Made by a program: the position numbers and the translations under genes. The notes under the pieces are model-generated. The model was not told the DNA's origin and did no database searches. It worked only from the letters and a program-made list of their open reading frames with translations. A stretch of 64,000 nucleotides of DNA from Monocercomonoides exilis PA203. Taxonomy: Eukaryota > Protista > Preaxostyla. The DNA is taken from positions 372,001 through 436,000 of the forward strand of contig LSRY02000040.1 in the NCBI GenBank assembly GCA_001643675.2. Direction: 5' to 3'. This document shows, one piece after another, positions 36,680-49,438 of the stretch; the first letter of the stretch is position 1; every line of letters begins with the position of its first letter.

Positions 36680-39600
36680 TAGATACAATGCAGATTAAAT
36701 TGGATCATTTGAATTAATAGAGGTTTTTTTAATAACCCTATGTTAATTTGAATAAAGACCACTTAATTCAAATAAAAGGCCAAAAATTAAAAATCAACAA
36801 GAGATTTTGAATTTGAAAAGATCATTCAAATTAATAACAATTGTGGGAAGTGAAAATAAAACAAACAAAAAACACTGAAAAAATAAATGTGGAAATAAAA
36901 GAAAAATTGAACCTTTTTTGACAGTCTTATTAATCAAACCTCGATAATTCTATGGAAGCGTGTTAACATACTTATATAAAATAAATGTTAAATAAATAAT
37001 TTGTCAATAAAGTGAAATTATAATTTGTTTTCAGTTTTGCGTGAAAAATGATTCGCTTCGAAGAAAATTTTTATAGTTTTTGCATAAATAATAAAAAGAA
37101 AACAACATAATTCTGACAATTATATGAGAAAAATATTTTTCCCGCTAACATTTCATTAAACTGTAAATATTTTCACCACAAGCATTGCACAGCGATGTTG
37201 AAGTTGTGGAATCAAAGGCTAATTTCTTTTGCTTTTATCATTTCCTCAATTTCATTAAATTCTGTCGATCATGTTTTTTTCTGATGTTTCTATTTCAAAT
37301 ATAAAAAATGATCTTTCTCTTTTTCTTTCTTAAAAAAACTCCCTCTTTCTTTTCATCTTGAAAGTCATCTTTATTTTCGTTATCATTTCTCTCTTCATTT
37401 TCAAACCACTACCCCGTAAAATATCTTATGCCAACTTCTTTGAAAAGAAGTACATTTTCTTCCTTTCGCCTTTGCATCTATTTTAAGAAGCATCCCACAT
37501 TCTCTGTAATTTTTTCCTCTTTTATTTTCTTGATGTCCGTTTTCCTTTCGCTCACACAGCAGCTGGAGAAGGTGGTGTTGCTCACTGAAAACGAATTGGC
37601 AGGGGCAGATGAGGCGAATGAGATGCACCCGCCATCTGTGGCAGTCTGTTGGTTTTGTGGAGCTGAGTTGATGTTGGTGATGGTGCAGTTGGAGAGGGAG
37701 AGGGAGAGAGCAGGGGAGGTGGCAGAAGAGAGGACACAGCTGGTGGGGGTGGCAGTGGAGGTGATGTGGGTGATGTTGGAGGAGTTGAGAGTGAGTGGAG
37801 CGGTGAGGGAGGTGAGGTGGAAGATGCTTTGGCTGTTGAGGGCGAGACTGGTGATTGCTGTGTGGTTGAGGGCGAGGGAGCCAGCAGTGAGGAAGAAGAG
37901 GGGGGTTGTGATTGTTATGGAGGTTGTTCCGGTGATGGTGGTTGTGTTGAGTTTGAGGGAAGGGGAGTTACCGGAGAGGTGGAAGAGGATGGGGGTGATT
38001 TGGTTTGTGGAGTTGTGGGTGATGGCGAGGGCAGAGACTGTGAGGGAGCCCTGAGTCTGTTGGAAGAGGGCAGACGAGGCAGATGGATCTGGTGAAGAAG
38101 ATGTTGATGAAGGAAATGAAGAAGAAGAAGAAGAAGCTGGTTGAGGAATTCCACTGGAGGCGATGATGGTGGCATCTGTGCCATTTCCTGCAATTTTAGT
38201 ATTTGTGAAACAGATCGTGAGTGTCTGAGCTGGAGTGAAAGTTGAGAGGAGGATAGAAAGGGAGGCGATTTGGAGGGGGATGAAGCCGTTGAGGGCATAC
38301 TCTATTATGGCGCATGGCATTTGCTGCGTTCTGCCACAGGCACTGACATCAGTTCCGTTGTTTCCAACGATTTTGCTGTTTGCAATGAGAGGAAGCCAGC
38401 TGTTGACAGTTTCATTGGATGCTGTGTTGTTGAGAAAGATTCTGTTTGCTTGGGTTGTTGAGCCACAATTATCAAATGGAGATTGTGTGATGGAATCACC
38501 ATTGAAAAAGACATCGTTTCCTCTTCCATCAGTTGCGAAATTGCCATCGAAAAAGCAGAACGTGATGAATTTTATTCCATTTATCCAGGAAAAAGTTGCT
38601 GTGCAGCACAGCGCAGCACCATCATTGGAAGTTGAAGTTGATGTCAATTTATTGTTTATGAACTGGCAATCATTAACCAAAAATTGATTTGGCTTATTAG
38701 TTGGAGGATAATTAAATGTGAGAGAACCAGCAGAATCGTTACCAGAATTTGAGATGCACTTGCATTTGGAAAACAAGAATTGACCGTTTGATGGCAAAGA
38801 ATATATATGGAAATACCAGCCAGTTCCGCACCAATTTGTTATTGAACAACTTTCCACTCTGTTTTCAGAGAATGTCCAAACAGAATTAGTTTGCGGATAC
38901 CTGATGCAATTTGCTCCTCCATGAGCAGCTGAACAATTTGTAATATTGGATTTTGTGATATTCTCATTTTGCAAACAGTAACTGTATAACGCTCCACCAT
39001 GATCACCAGTTGAACAATTGTTAATTGAGCAAGATGTGATTTCGAGATTTGCATTTGCACAATTAACATAAAGTGCGCCACCAGATGAACCATTTCCAGA
39101 ATTATTCCATATGCACCATTCAAAGCGATGACTGTTTTCATCAAATGAAGCCAATCTTCCTGGTGTTTCTCGTTGAGATTCTGTTCCAATATGAACAACA
39201 GGAGCATTTGGTGAAGAGCGTGTTTGGTGGAGAAAGAAGTGTTAAAGACAGGATAAAAGTGTCGGAACTGTTGACAGAAGAGACAATAGAACAGTTGATG
39301 GTGTTTTGAGTGGGTTGGAAGAGATAACTGAAGAAAAGGACGAGAGAGAATAAATTGTGTGATCATAGAAATAAAATATCTGTTTGCAAGTAATTCTGAG
39401 GATAAAAATACTTCAAATTTTTGATCATCCACATATGAAAGGCTTTCTGTGCTTTAGGTACGAAAGAAAATTGTGAAATAGGATAAATAAGAAGAAAAAT
39501 ATCGAAAAAGAAATTTTTGTAAAAAATATTAAAAGATCTATATTTAAAACGAAATCTTGAAAAAGAAACGTATATACCTTTTAACATTCATCGTTATATC

Positions 39601-40197
39601 TATTTCATGCAAATGATTAAAGGTATTGTTCATCAACAAGGCGAAAAATGAAAAACAATTTTGTTTGAAAATTGCTGTTGCTAAAAACGAAAAAAGCAGT
39701 AATTACCAATGAGGACTGAGCATAATGGCACAGAAGTTATCGTTGGTGCTAAAGTATTAAAGAAACAGCTTGCAATTGCGAAGAAATAAACAAAAAATTT
39801 GATGAAGCTTTTATGATTTGTACATTGGGAAAAATGAATTTTTAATTGTTAAAACCATGCATACTTATGTTATAAAGCTCACGTTTTCGATCACATAAGT
39901 TAAAATAGCATTTTAAACGAATTATCGAATTATTATATTTTTTCGAAGTTGATTATTGAAAGATCAAATTTTTTTCTAAAAGAAAACCAAAATTAACTTC
40001 AGTATTTTTTATAAATCTTTTCTGTTTATTATTTAATATTATTCTTTTTCAAGTTTAAAACATTCAATTCAAAATCGCATGTGTATTTTAAAAATAAGCC
40101 AGTCAATTTAAATAAACAGGGGTTTTTTTAAATAACCCCCACAATTTTGAATTTTTTTTTCAGTTTGAATTATGTGATCCAATCTGCATTGTATCTA
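36680..40197. mobile_element. 3.5 kb TIR element without transposase, carrying a surface-protein gene fragment
   Basis: Perfect 17-bp inverted ends TAGATACAATGCAGATT / AATCTGCATTGTATCTA, extended by TTGGATCA/TGATCCAA; similar GGTTTTTTT(A)AATAACCC motif at 36722 and 40121. Confidence 0.78.
37478..39366 (-). pseudogene. Secreted beta-helix (pectin-lyase-like/polymorphic membrane-protein-like) gene, frameshifted and 3'-truncated
   Basis: 558-codon ORF with GGALY/HGGA repeats, CFFDGN, GNDVF and CG...PC; signal-peptide-like start at 39366 reached only through frameshifts; composition breaks at about 37545. Confidence 0.72.
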
Positions 40198-40559
40198 TTA
40201 AAGTCTTGTTATAAGTTTAATTATCAATCAACATAATCAATCTCTCTGAGATAAAAATCTTTGATCAAACCTATCATTATCTTTTATCATGTTTTCCGAT
40301 AGGTATTTTTTTTCCTTATGTGTCATTCTTTTTGAAAAGTCGCAGAAGATCAAAAAATCGTCCCATCGCAGTTTATTTAATAACACTCCGTTTCCATTTT
40401 TTTATTATTCAACGTATTTATCTTATAACGTTTGTTGGATAATAAATAATCAATTCATAGAAAAAGATTTATCCTTCAAAAAAAATATTTAATATTTTTT
40501 TGATCAAATTGAAATTTAATTTTCCAGAGAAATTGAATTCGTTGTTTGAGGAACGTTTT

Positions 40560-43500
40560 CTCGATGCAGATTAGTTTGAAAGACAAGATGTTCCTGAAAC
40601 TACCACATTAGAAGACAATTGAGTTCATTCAAATTGTTGAAAAACTATTAATAGCATTTATTTTGCTTAAGAAAACACAAATGTTGCACAATTTCCATCA
40701 GAGACTGTTTTTTATTATAACTGAATACTTCATTCATTGTCAGAGGTTAAAGGATGGAAGTCAGGAGTATCTGCCAAAAATTTTTTTTCATTTTCATTTA
40801 ATTTTTATTCAACAATTGAAGTGCACAATTTGGTGATTGTTCATTCTTCTTCATCATTCATGAATATAACATCCAAATCAACTATTATGAAAGGTTACTG
40901 AATTCCCAGTCACAAATCAGCATCACAGTTTTATTTGCAAAGTTGGTCAAAATTCCCAATAAACACGTCTTAAATCCACCAATAGTATGTGCATTCTCAC
41001 ATCTTTGTTTTTTCATTTGATAAGAAGTCTTCCAAAGTTTTGAGAAATTCTATCATGGTAGATCTGACTGTCCTCTTCAAACTATTTCCAATTGTACGGA
41101 AAGAGAAAAAGCGAATAGATCAATAACAATTTCATTTGTAACTTGTCTGTGAAGCTAACCAGGAACAGTGAATTTCAAACGGAGCATTCATGCTATTTGA
41201 GATTTCTAGAACAGTGGAGCCAAGTGTAGGCAGGTTGTACAAATCTGTTGGAAATATAAATATAAAGAAGCTTCATTTTCAAAAGAGTTGATCAATGTTC
41301 ATGATGGAATGATGATGAAGGACAATTTGAAATGAGCAGTTTCTTCTTTGCAGTTTGTTGATTTTTGTCACATTCATTGAATTCATAGTAAAAAAGTTTT
41401 CTGATTTCGGATTCGAAGGGATTTATTGAACAATCACATTGCATTCGATTGCAGGGAGAAAATGTTTCTAACTCAAGAAAAGAAGCTCCAGATTAATTTG
41501 ATGGTAGATAAGAAGGTATTCTCTGCACAACTTCCGACTAGCTCAGAAAGGCAAAACTGCATGAATCCCCAAAAGAAACATTATATCTTTCATATTCAAC
41601 ATACGAAGAATCATAATGTGAATGCTTGCGCGCAAAAAGCTCGTTCTGACCGGAGTTGAAGAAAGAAGTTATTTAATGCAATTTCAAAGCCTCTTTAAAG
41701 AAGGAACGTTTTTCAACAGAACAATAACTACAACGAAGACAAATTCTCATAAAATCCAATTTCTTGTTTGAAGTGATTCTTTCCCTCAGCAAATATTTAC
41801 AACATTGATTGGCCATTTCAAAAATCATATCTATTCAACGAAATTTCTCCAGTAATTATATTTAAAGCTCATAATTTCAATAACATTATTTTCATAAAAT
41901 TTACTTACAGATAGTCTTGCCACCATAAACCTACTCCCATATCGATTTCCACAAAGCTTATAGAATGCAACAAAATTGTAAGTGATATATCCACATTCAG
42001 GATTTGCTCTTCTTCTTCTTTCACGCATCTTCTCCTTATCCATTTCACCAAAACCGAACCAAAATCCATTCGAAACATCACATTCTCGTTACATTCTCAC
42101 CCCAAATGAAGTTTCAACAATTTTATAAAAGACTCAAAAAACATAAAGTTCTTGTGCCAGTGTCATTTCCTCTGCCAGATGCTCTTTTTTCCCCATTTCT
42201 AGTATCATTTGCACACTTTATTCTTCGTCTATGCCTTCAAACTTGTCATCTACCGCAATTATGCTTCCATCTGGCATCTCATTGAATCCTTCTTCTTCTG
42301 AATTCCACTTAAACAAATCCCTTGATTTCTTATCTGCCTTCGTGAGCACAGTCTGCAAGGAAGGCGCGCTTTATGTGAAGCTGATGATCGAGAATTCGAC
42401 AAAGAATCTCAGTTCTATCAAACGGCCGTTCTATTCACACGTAGAGCAACAAATGAAAAAAGAGGAGCAGATTTCACACAACTCAATCAAATAGCTTAAC
42501 TTCTTCTCTTGGGAGGCAAACCATGTGCGCTACTCATGGGACCAGCTTGCGATGATAAGCCAAGCGTGGCCGAGAGCGATGAAGAGTGCGTTTGGTGTGA
42601 AAGGATCCGAAGTTGTGAACTCACCTAAGATCCAGGATGTTGTGGAAGAGGTTGTGACACTGGTGAAGAGCATAATGGAGACTGAGAACAGGAAGTCAAC
42701 GATCGCGACAAACGAGCACGGACAGCCATTTGAAGAAGGAAAGATATTGGAGAACACTGCATCACGAACTTCACTTCTTTCTTCGTCTGTTTTAGCTTCT
42801 TCTTCTACATTTCAGATACTCTTTTTCTATCCAGCGAATAATAAACTTCATTCCATTGAATTATCATTCTTTTTGAGCACAACCATTTGACTTCGCCTTT
42901 TTCTCTTACGTCCTCCTTTTTCTCCTCCTCTTATACCAATACTCACTTCACCCTTAAATCCGAAGAGACACTCGCCTGCTTCATACTCTTTGTTGACGCA
43001 CTCATTTCCTTCCGCCACAACTTTGCACAGCTTTTCTTTCCACACACTCCTTCAATAAATACCTTGCCTTGCGCTCTTGCGCTTTGAGATCTTCCGACAA
43101 AAAAAGTTTATTTCTCTAACTTTCACCATCCTCGTTCCAAACAACCAAAATACAACTTTTTCTTATTTCATGAGAATGTCTCTCTTGTTTTTAAGTACCA
43201 GGCGGCTGAGTTGTTCATCACACATGTCTCTCGACATGCCTTGGCCGACACCAAAGCCATGAACTCTTTTCTCGAACACCGCCATAAATTGGACTTTATC
43301 CTTTCGCTTTATCGGAAATTACATTTGATTGGAAACCGCTTATCCAGTGCTCCTCGGAGACAAAGTGGAGGCAGTGCAGATCTGTATTGGCAAAAGCTGG
43401 CCCTTCATTGTATGGTGTGATGCATCCATTAACTCATTTTTCAACTTTTATCAGGAGACGTTAGGAGCGCCAGCGTAGAAGCTGAATTTGTCGAAGGGCA

Positions 43501-45400
43501 GTGAAACATCATTCAGGGTGTGCTAATAGGGATGAAAGGAGCGCTTTCACTACAGCTTCTCTCAAGATGCAAACGGAAGATGCGCTCCAGGTGTATCGAA
43601 AGGCTACGATGGCTAAGATAATTAAAGAAACAAAGCCTTTTGTGCAGCGGATGGAACATATCTAACAGAATATGCAGAAGATACAGGACAGGAAAGAGAA
43701 AGATGAAAAGGAGGTTTCTGCATTTGTTGCAAAGTTGAATGTGAAATGGAAATGCACAGAGGGAGATAGCGAATACCACATTGGCCAACTTTATCCCGAG
43801 AATTTGGTAACTTCAACCTCAGACTCAGATTTCCCTCCTAATTGCAAAGAAAAGGCAATGTTTGGGATTGTTTACAGACTGCAATGGAATCCTTCGTCTG
43901 TTCATGGCTCAAAGATAGCAACAAATTCACCATCAACTTTTTCTTGTACTAAACTTTCGATGTCTTTGGCTTTTTCATCCAAAGCGTTAGAAAAAGCGGT
44001 TATGTTTGTATCAGCAGGAAAAGAGCGATTGCTTTCAATTTCTTTTGTTTCATCTCCTTTCAGCCATCGCATTCTTCTTCCTCCTCTTCTTCTTCCTCTT
44101 CTTCTTCTTCTTCTTCTCTTTCTTCTTCCTCCTCTTCCCCTTCCTCTTCCTCCTCTTCCTCCGTCCCCTTCTCCACCGCTGTCTCTGCTCTTTCCCAGCA
44201 GATCAACATTCTTCTTGGCTGTTCTTCACAGGGAATGAAGCAGAGGGAGAAATCGCAGCAGACAATTCTCAACAATTCGATTGAAGAAGCAATGAAATTC
44301 CAGCAGAAAGAAGCGACTTTGAGGGGAATACAAAGGAGAAGAGGGGAGAAGGGGGAGAAGATGGAGAAGAAGAAGAATGTGTGTGTTTCATCATCATTAT
44401 CTTCTTCTTCTTCTTATTCTTCTTCTTCTTCTTCTTTGTCATCTGTATCTTCTCCTCCTTTCTCTTCTTTCTCTTCTTTTTCTTCCTCTTCCTCTTATTC
44501 ATTCTCTTCATCTTCATTTTCTTCATCTTCATCTTCTTCATTTTCTAATTCTTCTTCAATTTCCTCGTCAGATTGGACAATTTGTGGTGTCAAGAAAAGA
44601 AAAATGGATCCTAAAGCTTATCTTCGTTTTTTATCAGAAATTGATAGAATGGATGATATGACATATCTGTTTGATCTTTTGAATGGAAGAGGAGGAAGAG
44701 GAAGAGGAAGAGGAAGAGGAAGAGGAAGAAACCGAAGAAGAAAAAGGAGAAATCAAATGGTTGTGCTCAGAAAGGATATTTTTATACGACGTATGATCGA
44801 TCAAGTTACAGGCCAGTGGAAGAGGAATAAGCGATGCAGAAGAACAAGAACAACAACAACAAGAAGAAGAAAGTGAAAGATTCCTCCTCGTAATCTATCA
44901 GGACCTGCAACTGTTCCACCAACGATCCTTAGATGGCGGACACTACCAGATGCCACGCTCACTCAATCGCCCACTATTCACCCACCAATCACACATTACA
45001 CACGCCATTCCCATCTCACATCACTCGTATCACTCGTTCTACCACTCACACAGCGATAACCACACATCCCTTTAAAGCCTCTCAAGAAGCAGACGAGCCG
45101 CTGAAGGATCAGCTGGAGTATCCTCTTTCTCTACCAAACGCGCATGGAAAAAAGCTGTTTGTGATGACCTTTTTGCTCTCGGCAGAGTAAATGCAGGAAT
45201 AGCTGGAGGAGCTGCTTGGAATCTTCGATCAGCGAATGAAAGGAAGCTGAGATATCTTTCTGAACATTGTGAGCAACAAGTTTGGTTCCCAGGGGCTGGA
45301 GAAGACTTCTCGATATCGGCAGCTGCAGATGGACTTCTCCTTCTTATCTACTTAGAAGCATGAACAGCACACACCAATTATACCAAATAATCCTCCTTAA
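40560..45400 (+). pseudogene. Patchwork of degraded gene fragments, unidentified
   Basis: Coding-like composition with many short ORFs (42231-42890, 43672-44238, 44235-44876) and apparent strand switches near 43880 and 44230. Confidence 0.35.
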
Positions 45401-46167
45401 ATGTGATATGCTTTCTATTGTCTTTAATTGTTAATATAAATGAAATAAAATATATTAAATTTTTATATATATTCTTTCAGATAATATAATTATTTAAAAA
45501 AACCACAAAAAGAAATAAGACATGGGACAATTTCTGCATTTCTGAAAAATTCAATTATTTGTTCAAAACATTTACTCCAATCTTATCATTAGATGGTATT
45601 GGAATAAGAAAATTTTATTGAAATAAAAATAATAATTCGAATAACCAAAGTTTATTCCAGATAACACCAGTTTATTCGAATTAAAAAAATTTATTCCAGA
45701 AAGACCAAGTTTATTCCAATTAATCCCTCAACAAAAATTTTAATGATCCTTTTTATCAATACGAATGTGCTGAAAAATGAGAATACTTAAAGAAAAAATA
45801 AACAATATTTATTCATGGAAATTCAATTCTGAAAATAATGTCTGACAGTTATGGTACAAAATTAAAAAATGACTATCTGAAAATTTGTTCCAAAGGATTG
45901 GAGATCGAATGAAATTACATGAAATACTTCAAATCGAAAAGGCTGTATTTTCGAAATTATGAATACGGTACGTTAACATGCAAAATTGGCTGAATATTAC
46001 TCAATGAAGGAAAAAGAGGTAATTAAAGAGGAAATGAAAAGAAATCAGTTAATTATTTGAAGAACATATTTACAGATTTGAGAAAAAATCAAACATTCAA
46101 AGCAGATTATGAAAAAGCTTTTCCTCTAGAGAGATTTCAGATTTTTGAATTTGAATAGGAACGGAAA

Positions 46168-46930
46168 ATGGCAAAGGGGAGAACACACGTATATGAGTGC
46201 TCATTCATTTCGTGTTCTCTTACAAATACTGTTGGCGGAGGGATGTATTGTGCTAATGTTCCGGCTGCATTCAAGATGAGGAGCCTCCAGTTTATTTCGT
46301 GCACAGCAGTGTCGAATGGCGGAGGAATGAGATTTGATCCAAACCAACAAATAGCTCCAAGCAACAACATTTATTGCTATTTCTTCTTCTTCCACGATTG
46401 CAGTTGCAACGCTTCCACTCCGTATGGCCACGATGTGTATTTTGAAGATCGATACAATTTCTTCTCATCGAACAACCCATTCTACGAATCTTATACAACG
46501 AATAGCAATGATACGAGAGTGTGCCTCCAATATTATAACGGAAGCAGTTGGAAATATCAGCATACAGAAAAGAAGTTTTGGTTAAAGGACTGGATGAAGG
46601 ATCGGTATGTTGGGGTGGGTGGAAGTGACGCAAACAATCTGTGTGGGATGAGTGAGTCAGCACCTTGCAAGACCGTGGGACATGCAGTGGTGACAAGTTT
46701 GGTGGAACTGAGCTCGACAATCACAGTGTTTGGTAGGAGGCATGTGAGCGAAGTGACAACAATCAGCGCTGGGGAAAAGAAGATTTCTGTTGTTGGGAGA
46801 GGGAAAACGGTGAGTGTGATTGGGACAAGTGCGCTTTCTTCGTCTGCAACTACTCTGTTTAGCGTATCTTCTGGTAAACTTGAGGCGGGGCATGCCTGGA
46901 TCGATCACAACTCTATCAGAAGTCCATCGC
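46168..46930 (+). pseudogene. Internal fragment of a beta-helix surface-protein family gene
   Basis: GGGMY, NGGGM, FFFHDC, GHDVY, CGMSESAPCKTVGHA; the sequence changes character after HNSIRSPS. Confidence 0.72.
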
Positions 46931-47189
46931 AAAAAATGTTTGCGGAATCACTCTGGAAACAGCAGGAAACATGCAGCAATCGAGCTCAGCTTTTATGTTC
47001 ATCTCCAATCTACCATTTTCCTCATTTGTGCAGCATTCTCTCATCCTCTGCCATCTGCTCAGCCTCGCTCAGATTTCGTGAACAGGACAAGACAGACACT
47101 GCTTTCAGCGGCTAAAGATGGAGAATCTGGTTTTACTCAGTCCCAGCAGATTTCTATGTTGTCGTCGAAATCGCACTGCTCCTCCCCCG

Positions 47190-47285
47190 CCTCCTCGCCT
47201 TATTCTTCTCCTTCTCCTTCTCCTTCTTCTCCTTCTCCTTCTTCTCCTTCTCCTTCTTCTCCTTCTCCTTCTTCTCCTTCTTCAA
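47190..47285. repeat. 15-bp tandem repeat (CCTTCTCCTTCTTCT) encoding EGEEG on the minus strand
   Basis: Visible periodic repeat inside ORF 47200-47487. Confidence 0.85.
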
Positions 47286-47739
47286 CATCTTCCTCTTTTT
47301 CTCCTTCTTCTTTTTCTTCTGCTGCTTCTTCATCTTCGTATTTTACTTCTTCTGCGATTTGCCCTTTTCCACCAACTGCCCCATCTTCAACTTCGTCATT
47401 GTCTTCTTCATCAATTCCTTCTCCAACTTTTTCGATGCCATTATCACTTTCTTTGCATTGGATCGGTATATCAACCTTCTGATTCATAAAAGCTGTTCAA
47501 TTGGAAGCACTGACAAATTGAACAAAATATTAATTCATTCACTTTTTATTCTCTCAACATCGTCATAATCATTATCAATGCCTTTAATTTGTTTTGTAAA
47601 AAATGCTTTAGAACTGCTTTCCTCTTCTGCAGTGGCGCATTTCGCTCTGTTTCAGATCTTCGAACAACTTCAGCGCTCTGGCTGTGCTGAAAGGAGTGAA
47701 TGAGGTGAATGGGGGTATCACAAGAAATGGCAATGGAAG

Positions 47740-48549
47740 ATGGAAGGAGCTGTTAGGCTCATTACGTTCATCCACAAGCTTTGTTTCACTCCGAGAAGTG
47801 AAGAGAGAGGAGCGCGTGTTCAGGAAGATGAGGCAAAGAAAGCAGAGTACAATTGCAAGATGAATGCTGTGCAGAGGAAAGGGAAGCAGTATGAAGAGCC
47901 AAAGGTTAAGACGAAGAAGAAGGAGAAAGACGAGTTTTGCACATCTCAAATTGACGCTTTTGACACAAGGCTTGCACAGGCAGCAACAGAAAGGAGGAGG
48001 AGGGACAGGGGAAGAGAAGAACGAGGTAATGATAAAGATGAACAGCAGCAGATATCCTGCTCATTCGACAGCTCACTCTCATCTGCCCAGCTGCACACTC
48101 AAAACATCACAGCCTCCTCAACATTTGCTTCTCCTCCTTTTTCTCCCTTGCCACACGTCGAATTTTCTGTCACTTCTGTTCTTGTTGGAACCCCGCCGAA
48201 GCCTCTCACTCAGTCATCTCCTGCCACAGACTCTTCTTCAGTCTCACAGGAGTTCAACTGCACATCTCTCCCAAGCTCTGCCTCTTCGTCGAACATGCCT
48301 CCTTCCTCCTCTCCTACATTTTCCTCCTCTAACAATTCATTCATTGGGCTCTATGATTCTCGAAATGCAACAGCCAATAGAAGTTCTAAGAATCTGCAAA
48401 AATTTTGGAAACTGCAGATAACAGATGATCAGGAGAATTTATTCCCTTTGTGCAAATGTAATAACTCAAAAACAACAAAAACATCATTATCTGAAACTGA
48501 TAGAGTTTTTAGTGGAGGGGTGAACAACAAACATAATCAAGTATCTTGA
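47740..48549 (+). pseudogene. Ser-rich hypothetical gene fragment
   Basis: 269-codon ORF preceded by coding-like sequence with a stop; lies inside the 45590-49071 element. Confidence 0.4.
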
Positions 48550-49438
48550 ATGATTTCATCGAAATATTTAACCTTTTGCGATTAGATATTGTTTTTGGTC
48601 TTTTTTCCTGATTGATCATAAATGTGAAGAGAAGATAGAAAAAAGAAACAAAAAAGAATTAACAAACATTGCGAAATGATAAATTATAATTTATTGCTTA
48701 CTGTAAGTCTATTTTTGATTGCTTTTATTAGTTGCAAATTGAAGAATATTTTATTTCATCATTCATTTTTAATAACATTTCAAAAATTTCTAATCGTAAT
48801 GCATTTAAACAAAATCTTGCTAATTAAATAGTTTTTTCCAAAATATAAGTGGAATTAATTAACATGTAAATGCTTTTTAAGAATGTGATTTTAGTGAATT
48901 ATTTTTGAAAACCACAATAAATTTTCGATGAAAAAAGTTATTCCGAAAAGCCAGAGTTTATTCCAATTAATTTTTTTTATTCCAATAAAAATAATTAATT
49001 CCGAATAAATTTTGCTTATTTGAATAAGTTATTATTAATCGAATAAAACCTTTCTATTCTCATTGTATCTATTATAAGTCTTCTATTTTAATGCAAAAAA
49101 ATACGGAAAATTCTATATTTGAGAAAAATATTTGTTAAAGAAAAATGGAACATAATTCAGAAAGCAATAAGTTTCGTCCCAATTTATTCCTTTATCAAAA
49201 TTTTTTGTTGGTTAGATCAAAAAGAAACAAAAGATTTCCATTTCTGGCCTTATACAGCCAATCCTTGAGGCTTCTTCGCAATATCTTTAACACTTCTTTT
49301 TATATAACAAACATTAAACAGTGCGTATTACGATCGTTTTTGTGCTGCAAAATAATCAACGATGTTTGTATTTATCTTTTATTTTGTTATTTGCCCAGCT
49401 TTGCCCTTCTTTTTGAATGTTTTTTTATAACAAGCAGA

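Larger units (their letters stand above)
45590..49071. mobile_element. 3.5 kb degenerate TIR element with chimeric gene-fragment cargo
   Basis: Right end CTCATTGTATCTA shares the terminus of the 36680-40197 element; about 70 bp of 45590-45660 aligns imperfectly with the reverse complement of 49000-49071; TTTATTCC/TTATTCG repeats cluster at both ends. Confidence 0.62.

Noticed and set aside
37428-38687. Plus-strand Val-rich ORFs
   Set aside because: They are antisense to the Thr/Ser-rich beta-helix gene.
39660-39790. Short similarity with 54060-54160 (TTGGTGCTAAAGTA)
   Set aside because: Only 14 bp is exact; too weak to define a repeat or gene by eye.
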